Of a stretch of DNA of 38,727 nt, positions 18,053 to 27,356 are shown one piece after another; positions within the stretch are counted from its first letter, which is position 1, and each line of letters opens with the position of its first letter. The notes under the pieces were generated by a model. That model worked only from the letters and a program-made list of their open reading frames with translations. It searched no databases and was not told where the DNA came from. The stretch covers positions 1 to 38,727 of IMG/VR virus record IMGVR_UViG_3300042399_000389; one strand, written 5' to 3'. Source of the stretch: a virus (taxonomy: Duplodnaviria; Caudoviricetes). The translations under genes were made by a program, and so were the position numbers.

Positions 18053-21000
18053 TGGTATTTTTAACACTAACACTTGGCATGTGGCTTATGGTAGCAATGG
18101 TTGCTATCTCAGTCGGAATGACAATTTATAGCTTAATGCAAACACCACCAGCCTTTGACACAAGTGCTTTAGAAGCTCGTAAAGGAGCTGAAGTTGTTAT
18201 TGAAGGAAAGTCAGAAGATCTCCCACTAGTTTATGGAAGAGCTATGGTAGGTGGCGCACGTGTATTTCATGCAGTATCTAGTGACTTTAACTACGTAGCA
18301 CCTAATGCAGATAGAACGTTTGCAACAGGTGTTAATCATACGGTAAATTGGACTGCAGAAAAATATGTAGTTCAAAATCCACGTGGACCAAATGCAACGC
18401 TGTTAAAAGTAGCTAGTACAGGTACAACTGAAATTCTCACTCAATTAGCAAAAAGTATTAACGGTAGGAAGAATGAATTTTTATACTTTCAACAAGCAAT
18501 TTGTCAAGGCCCGATTGGTGGTGTAATTGATGTTGTATTAGAATCATCGCGTTATTTAGATGACGCAACCTTAGCTACATTTGGTGCTCCAGATAACCTT
18601 GCTACTGGTGAAAAGCATAAATGGAGTGACCCGAAAAAGGCTCGTACAGCTGTTAGGATTGATGTACATTACGACCTAGCGATGAATGTTGCAGACAGTA
18701 TTATTGCAGCTAATTTCCCTGAAAGATCAGATGCTACTTTTAATAATATGGTATATGCTTCTGCTACAGTACGTACAGATAGAGACGATCCACAGTTTAG
18801 CCAACCACCTAGCCTACAGTTCTATATAGAAGGCAAGAAAGTTCGTAAGGTTGTAAATGGAGTACTAAATACAAATTTTGAGTATAGTAATAACCCAGCT
18901 TGGTGTTTGTTAGACTATCTATTAGACGGTCTCTCTGGTGCATCAATTCCTATTGAAGAGATTAATCTTCCAAGCTTTGAAGCTGCTTCTTTAGTTTGTG
19001 ATTATATTGTTGAGCCAAGTGTAACAACAGCGGGAAAGATTTGGCAGAATACAGAAGGAGATCGCAATATTCATACTAGAGCTTTGCCTCTTTATGAATG
19101 CAACATGGTCATTGACACTAAGAAGCCAATTAGAGATAATATCACCGGCATGCTAACTAGTATGGGTGATGCACGTTTAGTGTGGTCACAAGGGCAGTAT
19201 AAATTAAGTCTTCAATACACACATACAAGTAATGATGATTTGTTTATTGTAGCTGAGCTTGGTGAAGATGACTTAGTGCTTGACCAAGAAGTTGAAATTA
19301 ATTTACCTTCAGCTAGTGATCGCTTAAATTACTGTACAGTTAAGTTTCATAATGAATTGTCTAATTTTAAAGAAGATTCTGTAAGCTGGCCTCCTAAGTT
19401 TCCTGGTAAGGTTTATAAAGGTGTTGGCGGTAAGAAATACCCTATTGCAGATTATAGTTACACAGAAGACAATGATGATGGTACCTTTAATAAGGGCGCC
19501 AATTTATTAAACTCTGTAGGTGTCTGGGGATCTACTCTTAATACTACATACTTAAGCTATCATATCATTTTGACTTATGAAGATGTTATGGACCCCATTA
19601 CTAATCTGCTCGGACCTGTTAAGTTAGAGTACACAGGTGATAATCAGATTAGAATTAAGGTTAGCGACAAAACCACTAGTAACCTTTATTTAGATCAACA
19701 ACACAAAGACTGGAAATCAGTAAAAACATCTACAATCACATTACCAATTCTGCCGGGTGAAACACAAGTTTTTCATATAGAAATATGGGGAACAAATACT
19801 AAGGGAGACAAAGCTGTAGCTGCTAGGATGACTAATGGCCCTAAAATATTGTGGACAACTCGTGAATCAGCTTACTCAGATGTATTAGAAATTGATAACA
19901 CTAGTACGACATACTCAGTCTTCTTAGAAGAAGATGGCGGTACTAAGTTAGAAATGGAAACTTCAGTTGAAGCAATGACAGACCCCTATCATGCAGCAGC
20001 TAAGGCAGAAGAATACGTAAGGATGAGTCGATCGTCTTTTGTAATTAAATTCAAATATGTTGTAAGAGAGAATTATCTAGAGCCTGGCGATTTCGTTAAA
20101 CTCAACAGTCCTACACTTAATCTTGCAGGTGAAATATTTAGAATCAATTCTGTTAAGATTGTTGAGGGCAATAATTGTGAAGTAACCGCGCAACGCTTTG
20201 ATCATTTACAATTAGCTTGGTCGCAAAAAGATGACCAGTTTATGGTTCCGCCAAATATTTATAGTAATCTTTTTAATCCGCCAAGAAATCTTAAATACAT
20301 ACCTACGGGTAGTTCCCGATTAATTACATCAGGTACTTTAACTTGGGACGCTCCAAGTGATTCTGTAGATTTGGCTTATTATATTGTATCTGTACACGAA
20401 GCCGATGGACCCGTTCGAACTAACAATGCTCCAATTTTTAGAGAATTAGGGCGCGTAGCTGAAAATTATTATGTATTACCTAAGCTAGAAGCTTTTAGCG
20501 CAATATTTTCAGTAATGGCTGTTAGCACATCTGGGCGTCGTTCTACTACAATCTATACTGGTGATAAAGCACAAATAATAGATGTTTATGACTCGTATCT
20601 ATTTGATGGGTTAACAGTGTCACGTAGTAATCTTATTGTAAATTGGACGGCCTGTAATGTATATGAGAGCGGTGTTCTATTAAAAGCTTTACCAGCGGGT
20701 ACAGCCACATGGACAGAAGGCCTGTTGTTTATCTACTTTGATTTTGTTAATGATAAGATTATTAAAGCTACAACAGATTATGCTGAAGTTTATAATGGCG
20801 TTATATTAGCTACCTTTGATGGTGTTGATCTTAATTTGAGTGTATCAGAATTAGATGCGCCTGCAGTATTAACTATTGAAGGACGTACCGATACAGTATT
20901 TGATTCTAAAGACGCTAAGATTGTTTGGCAAGCTAATTCTTCAAACCGTTCAGCAAGTACTTTCTTAAAACATTATCTTGTTCAAGTGCTTACTACCGCA

Positions 21001-24000
21001 GATGTATTAAAGAAGGCTTATGTAATTACACCTGATAAAGATGATGCAGGTTCTTTGCTAGTTACTGATACAATGAATTTAGAGTTGTTCGGAACATTAA
21101 CTCGTAGCTTTAAAGTTCGTGTATATACAGTTGATTCTGCAGGATTGCTATCGGCAACACCTAAAGTTTCTACTATTACGAATGCAGCACCTTTAGTAAC
21201 AACTTTAGAACTAACACCAACTGTTAAGGCTGTGTTTGTAAAAGCTGCAATCATGTCTGAAGATGATATTGTTAAGTATGAATTTAAACAATATGCAACT
21301 GAAACAGCAACAACTGCAGAAAATACAGTAACAACAGTTAGTAATAGTTGTACATTTCCTACAGCTGACGATTTAGATCGTTGGTACACAGTGACTGGAT
21401 ACGACTACTACGGTATTGGTGTCGAGTCTGCGCGTATGAAAGAGAAGTCATTATCACAACCGCAATCAACTGGTTATGCGTTCTTACGGTATGCGAGTGA
21501 TACACCGCCTGTTGCACCGACTGGTGGTACGTACCTACTGCCGACACCCACAGCAGGCACAGCAACTGACCCACTTGGCACGCTGGCGTGGGAGGATGGC
21601 ATCCCTGATGGCACGGCACGCTTGTGGCAGACAACGCGAATATTCACGGCTGACGAGCAACCACCGCATCAAACGGCATGGCAAACACCACAGTTAGTGG
21701 CAAACACTGCTACAACAAAGTATCAATATAGCTCTGTCAATCCACCTACAACAAGTTATGCAGACTGGGCGGATGCGCCTGGATTAACAACGTTGTATAT
21801 GAGAGTTGGTATATCTAAAGATGGTGCAGATGGTCCATGGGAATGGGGAGCAGCTTATAAGGTTAAGGGCGAAGCACCTCAAACTAGTTTCTTATCTACT
21901 GTGTTTACTAGAAGTACAGGCAATACAATACCACCTTTGCCTACTGGCGGTACATTTCCAAGAGGTATTCCTAGTGCCCCCTGGTCTGATGGTATTCCTG
22001 CTGGTACAGGTAAGATTTATACTTCTAATAGATTATTTACTAGTGACGGCCAATCGCCACAAGATTCTACTTGGAATACAGTAACTTTAATGGTTACTAA
22101 CGACAAGACTAAGTTTCAGCTTAATAATAGCGATCCTGTTGATAGCAATGCGTGGTACGATTCTGATGATGCTAGTAAAGACCCTACGCTTGCAATCTAT
22201 ATGCGTATTAATTATTCTGAAGATGGTGGTACAACTTGGTCATATGGTGCTCCTTCAAAAATAAAAGGTGAAAAAGGCGTTCCTGGTTATACAAGTTTTG
22301 TTAGTACTGTATTCACCAGAACAAAAGGGATTCCCTTACCTACACCTCCATTACCTTCTGGTGGTAGTTTTAATAGTGATGGTTTGCCAACCGATGGAGT
22401 ATGGACTGACGGAATACCTGCCTTACCTGGGGTACTCTGGAGTTCATATAGAACTTTTTCAAATGATCCTGCAGAAGCAGCTACCAACTGGTCTACACCT
22501 GTTCGTATTCTAGATGATAGCAATACGGATTATCAATTCAGTCTTACAAATAGTTCTGACAATAGTACATGGCAAGACAATGAATTTGAAGGCGCTGTAT
22601 ACATGCGTATTGGTACATCCGTTGATGGTGTAAACTTTGTATATGGTACAGGGATCAAGATCAAGGGTGAGAAGGGTAATCCTGGTTTTATTTCATTTAA
22701 GAGTACTGTATTTACTAGACGTGCTGCAAATAACCCTGTTAATACAAAGCCTACTGGTGGTTCTTTTGAACAACCGCGTCCTGTAGAAACAGAATGGGAA
22801 GATGGTATACCAAGCGGTGAAGGTATTGTATGGCAATCATACACTACATTTACAAATGATGTTACTGCAGCTACGCCTATTTGGAGTGATCCTGAAGCTG
22901 TTATTAATGATGATAAGACTAAGTACTATTTTAATACTACTAATGCAACTACAGGTTGGTCTGAAACACCAGACATTAATACTGTGTGGATGCGTATTGA
23001 TACCAGTATTGACGGGTTCTTAACAACTATTACTGGAACACCTTTCAAGATAAAAGGTGAAAAAGGTGATGACGGTTATGCAGTATTTAAGAGTACTGTA
23101 TTCACTAGACGTGCTGCAAATAATCCACCGTTAGAAGCACCAACAGGCCTTACTTCTGGCAGTCTTCCGGTGAATACCGAATGGAAAGATGGAATTCCTC
23201 CGTTGCCAGGTATTCTTTGGGAATCACATGCATCTATTAGTACAGATCCTTTGATAACAACTACAACATGGTCATTTCCAAAGCAAATCTTAGATGATAA
23301 TAATACAAAGTATTACTTTAACAGTGCTAATGTAGCTACAGGGTGGTCACAAGCACCAAGTACCACTACTGAATGGATGCGTATTGACACAAGTAGTGAT
23401 GGCTTTTTAACTACTGTTACTGGTACACCATTTAAGATTAAAGGTGAAAAGGGTGAAACAGGTTCCGGAATTGATATAAGGTTAACAAAAGAATTAGTTT
23501 ATATTCCTACAACATTGGCAGATGTTTCTGATTATTCTAATGCAACTACAGGTATTGTTGTTCAAAACAATAATGTAGATGTTGTGTACTCAGCAACTGC
23601 TGTTACGCTTGTTGGCGCATTACCTAATACCTATAGTGTAACTTTTGAAAAAGAAAATCTTACAGGTACACCTTCTTTAGAAGTAATTAACGGGGTTGTT
23701 ACGAGTAAAGATTTTGGTACAATTACACAAGGTGTTGCAAGACTTATATTTGTTATTACAATAAAAGATCAGTATGGAAATATACTAGGCCCGTTTAAGA
23801 AAGCGCAATCACTTGTGAAGCAATTTCCTGATGGCGTTTTAGATCTTTTAAATACAAGTAAGGAACAACTTAGTGTAAATGGAACAGTCTTAAATCCTGT
23901 AACAGATATTACAGTTACGTATTCTCCTGATAAAAATGGAGATGGCCGTACTGATGGTTTTATAAACTGGCAATACCCTCTTGATGCAGCCATAAGTGGT

Positions 24001-27000
24001 TTTGTAGTATGCTATAATAACGTTAGATATGCCCCAGGTACAACTGACTATATACTTTCTGATTATACTTGCGAAGATGTTTTAAACAATATTAAACATC
24101 AGATTGTACAAATTGGTACAGGCTCAAGAGTTGTTAGAGTACCCGATATGGGTACGGAAAGTCATCGAGTTGGTTTTGTATTTGCTTTTAGAATACTATC
24201 AAAAGATACCTGGGATAATTACGCCTTCTCCAAATTAAAGCACAAAGGTGAGTATTATGCTGTTTCTTCACCAACAGTGCTTGGCACCACTATTGTAGAA
24301 AAGAGTGCGCCGAATCGTTATACTGATGTTGTAAACAAAGACATGGAAATAACTCTGGAAGACGGCACCACAATCAAAGTATCTGAAATCTTTGAAAACG
24401 GCCTTAGAGTAAATGTTATTAATAGTAACGTAGCATTAGTAGCGCCTACTGATGGTACGGTTGCATTTACTTATTCTAACGCAGATGCTGTCAGTAGTAG
24501 TGTAAATCTGCAAATCACATTTGAAGCAAGTAATGTAATAGCTGTAACATCTGGATATGCTTTTTGTGTTATAAGTAAAGATACTGCAGATTTAGTCCAA
24601 TTTGAAAATTTGACTGTAAAGCAAATTATGGAGACTAAAAAGACATTTACAAAATTTGTTGATGCAGCTAATGGCATACTACAGCCAAATGGTAGATTCA
24701 AGTATTCTGTTGAAGCAGCTAATGTTCCTGGCGCACTAAATCATGCTGTATATATTTTTGCATTTAGATATGCATCAGGTGCTAAAACTTCCAAAGCCAC
24801 TTATACCGATGGTACAACTAAAATACCATACTATGTATCTCCTGTCCTTAAGGCCGGTACAACAAAGTATAGCGGTAATGTTATTATTAAGGGCGATGTA
24901 ATTGAAGATAAAACAGGCACAACGACCAATTTAACAGATCTGTATACAGTTATTACAGATTGGAATGACGGTAATAACAGAACATTAACGGCAATAACAG
25001 CATTACCTATAATCCCTACAACACCAGCGCCTATTGTTTACGATAGTTCTGCAAATAGTTCGGGCAATGTAGATTACACGCTTAATTTCTTCTATAATGG
25101 AGTTGTTATATCGCCTGCAACTGGTGCAGATGACAGTATTGATGGTTTTTGTATTTTAGAGCAAACTGTATTACCTAACGCTACTGGACTGCCAACCGCT
25201 AATATAGCTGCTCCTACAGTTGCAAAGATGATTATTAATCCTGCTGCAAGATTTATTGATGCAAAAGATTATGTAGCTATAGATAACGGTACATATAAGT
25301 ATGAAGTAAAAATGCCTGAAGCAAAGGCAATACCCTATCGAGTAGTCTTTATCTTTGCATATCGTGCAATATCTGCTGGACAAGCTAAGCTTATTCAAAA
25401 AGGTGCAACTCTTATAGAGCTTGGTACTAAAGAAAAGAAATCGTATATTGTATCTACTATTGTAAGAACTCACCCCCTAGCTACTCCCAGTCTATTTACC
25501 GGAGACTTGTATATAAGAGCCGGCTTAAAGGATAGTTATGGAAATACAATAGCTATTAACAAGCTTACAGAAACTATTGCTGATTTTGACGTAACTAACA
25601 ATAAGTCCACCGCTAAGATTGTACCCGTAACTAATTTAGCACTTAGCTATAATATTATTGGTTGTACTTCTGGTAATGTCAATCTAGTTATTGACTTTTA
25701 CTTTACAGGAAGTTTAACAGATATAGATGGGTTTATCTATTATGAGGCTACACTACCTGAACAAGCCAATATAAGTGATCTTACTCATAAAACTTTATTT
25801 GCAAAACCAGATGCAAAGTTTATTGACGTAGACTCTACAGTGGCTAGTGCACACTTTACAGTTGAAATACCTGAGTCTAAAACAACACTATTTAGAACAG
25901 TATTTGTTTGTGCTTTTAGAGAAGTTTATGATAGTGTCTATAAAGCTGCGGGAAATTTGCCAACAGCTACTAGACCTGATAGGTTAACTTATGGTAAGAG
26001 ATTTTTAATTGTAGGGCCAATAGCTCGTAGTCACGTTAATGGTAATTTGTATCAACCACAAACACAGGCAATCATAAAGGCAGGTGTAAATGTAGGTGGT
26101 ACCAAGGTTGTTACGCTGTCGGATGCAATCGGTGATTGGGATTTAACAAATAATGGCGGATTAGCAGGCATGACAGCTACAGTACCAGCCCCTACATATC
26201 CAATGGATGGAACAGGAATGGTATTGACTGGTAGCACATTAGAAACTAATGTTGATATCCTGGTCAAATGGGAGTATGTTCTAGCACAGATATTAGATCC
26301 AATCACGAATACGCTAATAAATCCTATTGATGGCTTTCTTATCTATTTAAGAGAAGATACAAATACTTCTCCCGATGCTATGATTGATTTAAATAAACTT
26401 ACTGTTAAGCACACTTTTGTCACAACAGATGTTGACCAGCGTGAATATACTTTTTCAAACATGCCTATGAAGACTAAGAAGGCTTTGAATTATTATAATA
26501 TTGCCGTATTTGCGTATCATCTTATTAGCGAAAATACGTATACAAAGGGCATTAAAGATTCAACAATTAAGTCTAGTCTTAAACGTCCTGCTGCATTTAA
26601 TACGCCAATGGTTATATCGGCTAATACAGGGTATGTATTCTCAGCAAACAAGTCATATGTGTTAAAAGATACAGCAGACTCATTACCGCATGAGTTCGCA
26701 ATTGTTGGTGACTATTGGCTAAACACTTCAGGAAGTACAACAGCAGGTATTGAACATCTAAGCTATGGGTACTTTAATAGTGCTGGCTGGTCTCAGCTTA
26801 CTGAAGACGAAGTTATTAAGAAGTTTAATGCAGCTCGTGCTTCAAAAGAGGGTATAATTCATACTTACAGCTCTCCTATTGAACCGCCAAACAAGCCTGG
26901 ATTTTATTGGAAGAATACTTCAGCTGATGTTCAATCTGGTGTAGCCTCAAATGGTATTGTATATTGGGATATAGATCGCCTACTCTGGCAACCAAAAGAA

Positions 27001-27348
27001 GCTAAGATTGGAGGATTAATACAAGCCACTCCAGCAGCAACTATACCGTATGAGGGTAGTGTTCTGCTAAGCACAACAGTAAACTTAAATGGTACAAGAA
27101 CGCTATACAGAGGTCGTAACGGTCAATGGGAGCCTTTTGTTGATTTATCATCTAGCGAAATCTTTAAAACTGTTAAGTTAATGAACGCTAATAAGGTTGC
27201 AACCAAAGCCTTGGTTACAGATACAGGCGGTTATTATACTCGTGTTATCAACTCGAAGGGCAAACTACCTGCTTGGTCTAAAACTGCTAATGATATATTT
27301 GCTAAAAGCTTATTGGCAGGTAACGTTTTACCAACTTTAATTTTATAG
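18052..27348 (+). CDS. Tail tip / host-specificity protein (lambda gpJ-like), 3098 aa, with Fn3-like domains and two repeat arrays
   Basis: LPLVYGR...GG, YSNNPAWCLLDYL, N...VKF.N...FK.D and LEPGD.V.......FRI motifs, followed by PPRNL...LTWDAP (Fn3-like) and repeats. Confidence 0.9.
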   Translation: MVFLTLTLGMWLMVAMVAISVGMTIYSLMQTPPAFDTSALEARKGAEVVIEGKSEDLPLVYGRAMVGGARVFHAVSSDFNYVAPNADRTFATGVNHTVNWTAEKYVVQNPRGPNATLLKVASTGTTEILTQLAKSINGRKNEFLYFQQAICQGPIGGVIDVVLESSRYLDDATLATFGAPDNLATGEKHKWSDPKKARTAVRIDVHYDLAMNVADSIIAANFPERSDATFNNMVYASATVRTDRDDPQFSQPPSLQFYIEGKKVRKVVNGVLNTNFEYSNNPAWCLLDYLLDGLSGASIPIEEINLPSFEAASLVCDYIVEPSVTTAGKIWQNTEGDRNIHTRALPLYECNMVIDTKKPIRDNITGMLTSMGDARLVWSQGQYKLSLQYTHTSNDDLFIVAELGEDDLVLDQEVEINLPSASDRLNYCTVKFHNELSNFKEDSVSWPPKFPGKVYKGVGGKKYPIADYSYTEDNDDGTFNKGANLLNSVGVWGSTLNTTYLSYHIILTYEDVMDPITNLLGPVKLEYTGDNQIRIKVSDKTTSNLYLDQQHKDWKSVKTSTITLPILPGETQVFHIEIWGTNTKGDKAVAARMTNGPKILWTTRESAYSDVLEIDNTSTTYSVFLEEDGGTKLEMETSVEAMTDPYHAAAKAEEYVRMSRSSFVIKFKYVVRENYLEPGDFVKLNSPTLNLAGEIFRINSVKIVEGNNCEVTAQRFDHLQLAWSQKDDQFMVPPNIYSNLFNPPRNLKYIPTGSSRLITSGTLTWDAPSDSVDLAYYIVSVHEADGPVRTNNAPIFRELGRVAENYYVLPKLEAFSAIFSVMAVSTSGRRSTTIYTGDKAQIIDVYDSYLFDGLTVSRSNLIVNWTACNVYESGVLLKALPAGTATWTEGLLFIYFDFVNDKIIKATTDYAEVYNGVILATFDGVDLNLSVSELDAPAVLTIEGRTDTVFDSKDAKIVWQANSSNRSASTFLKHYLVQVLTTADVLKKAYVITPDKDDAGSLLVTDTMNLELFGTLTRSFKVRVYTVDSAGLLSATPKVSTITNAAPLVTTLELTPTVKAVFVKAAIMSEDDIVKYEFKQYATETATTAENTVTTVSNSCTFPTADDLDRWYTVTGYDYYGIGVESARMKEKSLSQPQSTGYAFLRYASDTPPVAPTGGTYLLPTPTAGTATDPLGTLAWEDGIPDGTARLWQTTRIFTADEQPPHQTAWQTPQLVANTATTKYQYSSVNPPTTSYADWADAPGLTTLYMRVGISKDGADGPWEWGAAYKVKGEAPQTSFLSTVFTRSTGNTIPPLPTGGTFPRGIPSAPWSDGIPAGTGKIYTSNRLFTSDGQSPQDSTWNTVTLMVTNDKTKFQLNNSDPVDSNAWYDSDDASKDPTLAIYMRINYSEDGGTTWSYGAPSKIKGEKGVPGYTSFVSTVFTRTKGIPLPTPPLPSGGSFNSDGLPTDGVWTDGIPALPGVLWSSYRTFSNDPAEAATNWSTPVRILDDSNTDYQFSLTNSSDNSTWQDNEFEGAVYMRIGTSVDGVNFVYGTGIKIKGEKGNPGFISFKSTVFTRRAANNPVNTKPTGGSFEQPRPVETEWEDGIPSGEGIVWQSYTTFTNDVTAATPIWSDPEAVINDDKTKYYFNTTNATTGWSETPDINTVWMRIDTSIDGFLTTITGTPFKIKGEKGDDGYAVFKSTVFTRRAANNPPLEAPTGLTSGSLPVNTEWKDGIPPLPGILWESHASISTDPLITTTTWSFPKQILDDNNTKYYFNSANVATGWSQAPSTTTEWMRIDTSSDGFLTTVTGTPFKIKGEKGETGSGIDIRLTKELVYIPTTLADVSDYSNATTGIVVQNNNVDVVYSATAVTLVGALPNTYSVTFEKENLTGTPSLEVINGVVTSKDFGTITQGVARLIFVITIKDQYGNILGPFKKAQSLVKQFPDGVLDLLNTSKEQLSVNGTVLNPVTDITVTYSPDKNGDGRTDGFINWQYPLDAAISGFVVCYNNVRYAPGTTDYILSDYTCEDVLNNIKHQIVQIGTGSRVVRVPDMGTESHRVGFVFAFRILSKDTWDNYAFSKLKHKGEYYAVSSPTVLGTTIVEKSAPNRYTDVVNKDMEITLEDGTTIKVSEIFENGLRVNVINSNVALVAPTDGTVAFTYSNADAVSSSVNLQITFEASNVIAVTSGYAFCVISKDTADLVQFENLTVKQIMETKKTFTKFVDAANGILQPNGRFKYSVEAANVPGALNHAVYIFAFRYASGAKTSKATYTDGTTKIPYYVSPVLKAGTTKYSGNVIIKGDVIEDKTGTTTNLTDLYTVITDWNDGNNRTLTAITALPIIPTTPAPIVYDSSANSSGNVDYTLNFFYNGVVISPATGADDSIDGFCILEQTVLPNATGLPTANIAAPTVAKMIINPAARFIDAKDYVAIDNGTYKYEVKMPEAKAIPYRVVFIFAYRAISAGQAKLIQKGATLIELGTKEKKSYIVSTIVRTHPLATPSLFTGDLYIRAGLKDSYGNTIAINKLTETIADFDVTNNKSTAKIVPVTNLALSYNIIGCTSGNVNLVIDFYFTGSLTDIDGFIYYEATLPEQANISDLTHKTLFAKPDAKFIDVDSTVASAHFTVEIPESKTTLFRTVFVCAFREVYDSVYKAAGNLPTATRPDRLTYGKRFLIVGPIARSHVNGNLYQPQTQAIIKAGVNVGGTKVVTLSDAIGDWDLTNNGGLAGMTATVPAPTYPMDGTGMVLTGSTLETNVDILVKWEYVLAQILDPITNTLINPIDGFLIYLREDTNTSPDAMIDLNKLTVKHTFVTTDVDQREYTFSNMPMKTKKALNYYNIAVFAYHLISENTYTKGIKDSTIKSSLKRPAAFNTPMVISANTGYVFSANKSYVLKDTADSLPHEFAIVGDYWLNTSGSTTAGIEHLSYGYFNSAGWSQLTEDEVIKKFNAARASKEGIIHTYSSPIEPPNKPGFYWKNTSADVQSGVASNGIVYWDIDRLLWQPKEAKIGGLIQATPAATIPYEGSVLLSTTVNLNGTRTLYRGRNGQWEPFVDLSSSEIFKTVKLMNANKVATKALVTDTGGYYTRVINSKGKLPAWSKTANDIFAKSLLAGNVLPTLIL
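21469..23457 (+). repeat. Five tandem repeats of about 130-136 aa in the tip protein
   Basis: STVFTR at 21895, 22303, 22702 and 23092, plus a diverged first copy. Each has W.DGIP, (Y/W)MR...S.DG and K(I/V)KGE. Confidence 0.9.
23890..26640 (+). repeat. Five degenerate repeats of about 185-200 aa (beta-sandwich-like) in the tip protein
   Basis: Recurring (D/S)G(F/Y) motif, and (F/C)A(F/Y)(R/H) at 24181, 24757, 25354, 25909 and 26509. Confidence 0.7.
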
Positions 27349-27356
27349 GAGTATAA

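Noticed and set aside
21650-21684. Second CTGACGA hammerhead-like core inside the tip gene
   Set aside because: There is no stem II followed by GAAA and no matching stem III or cleavage triplet.
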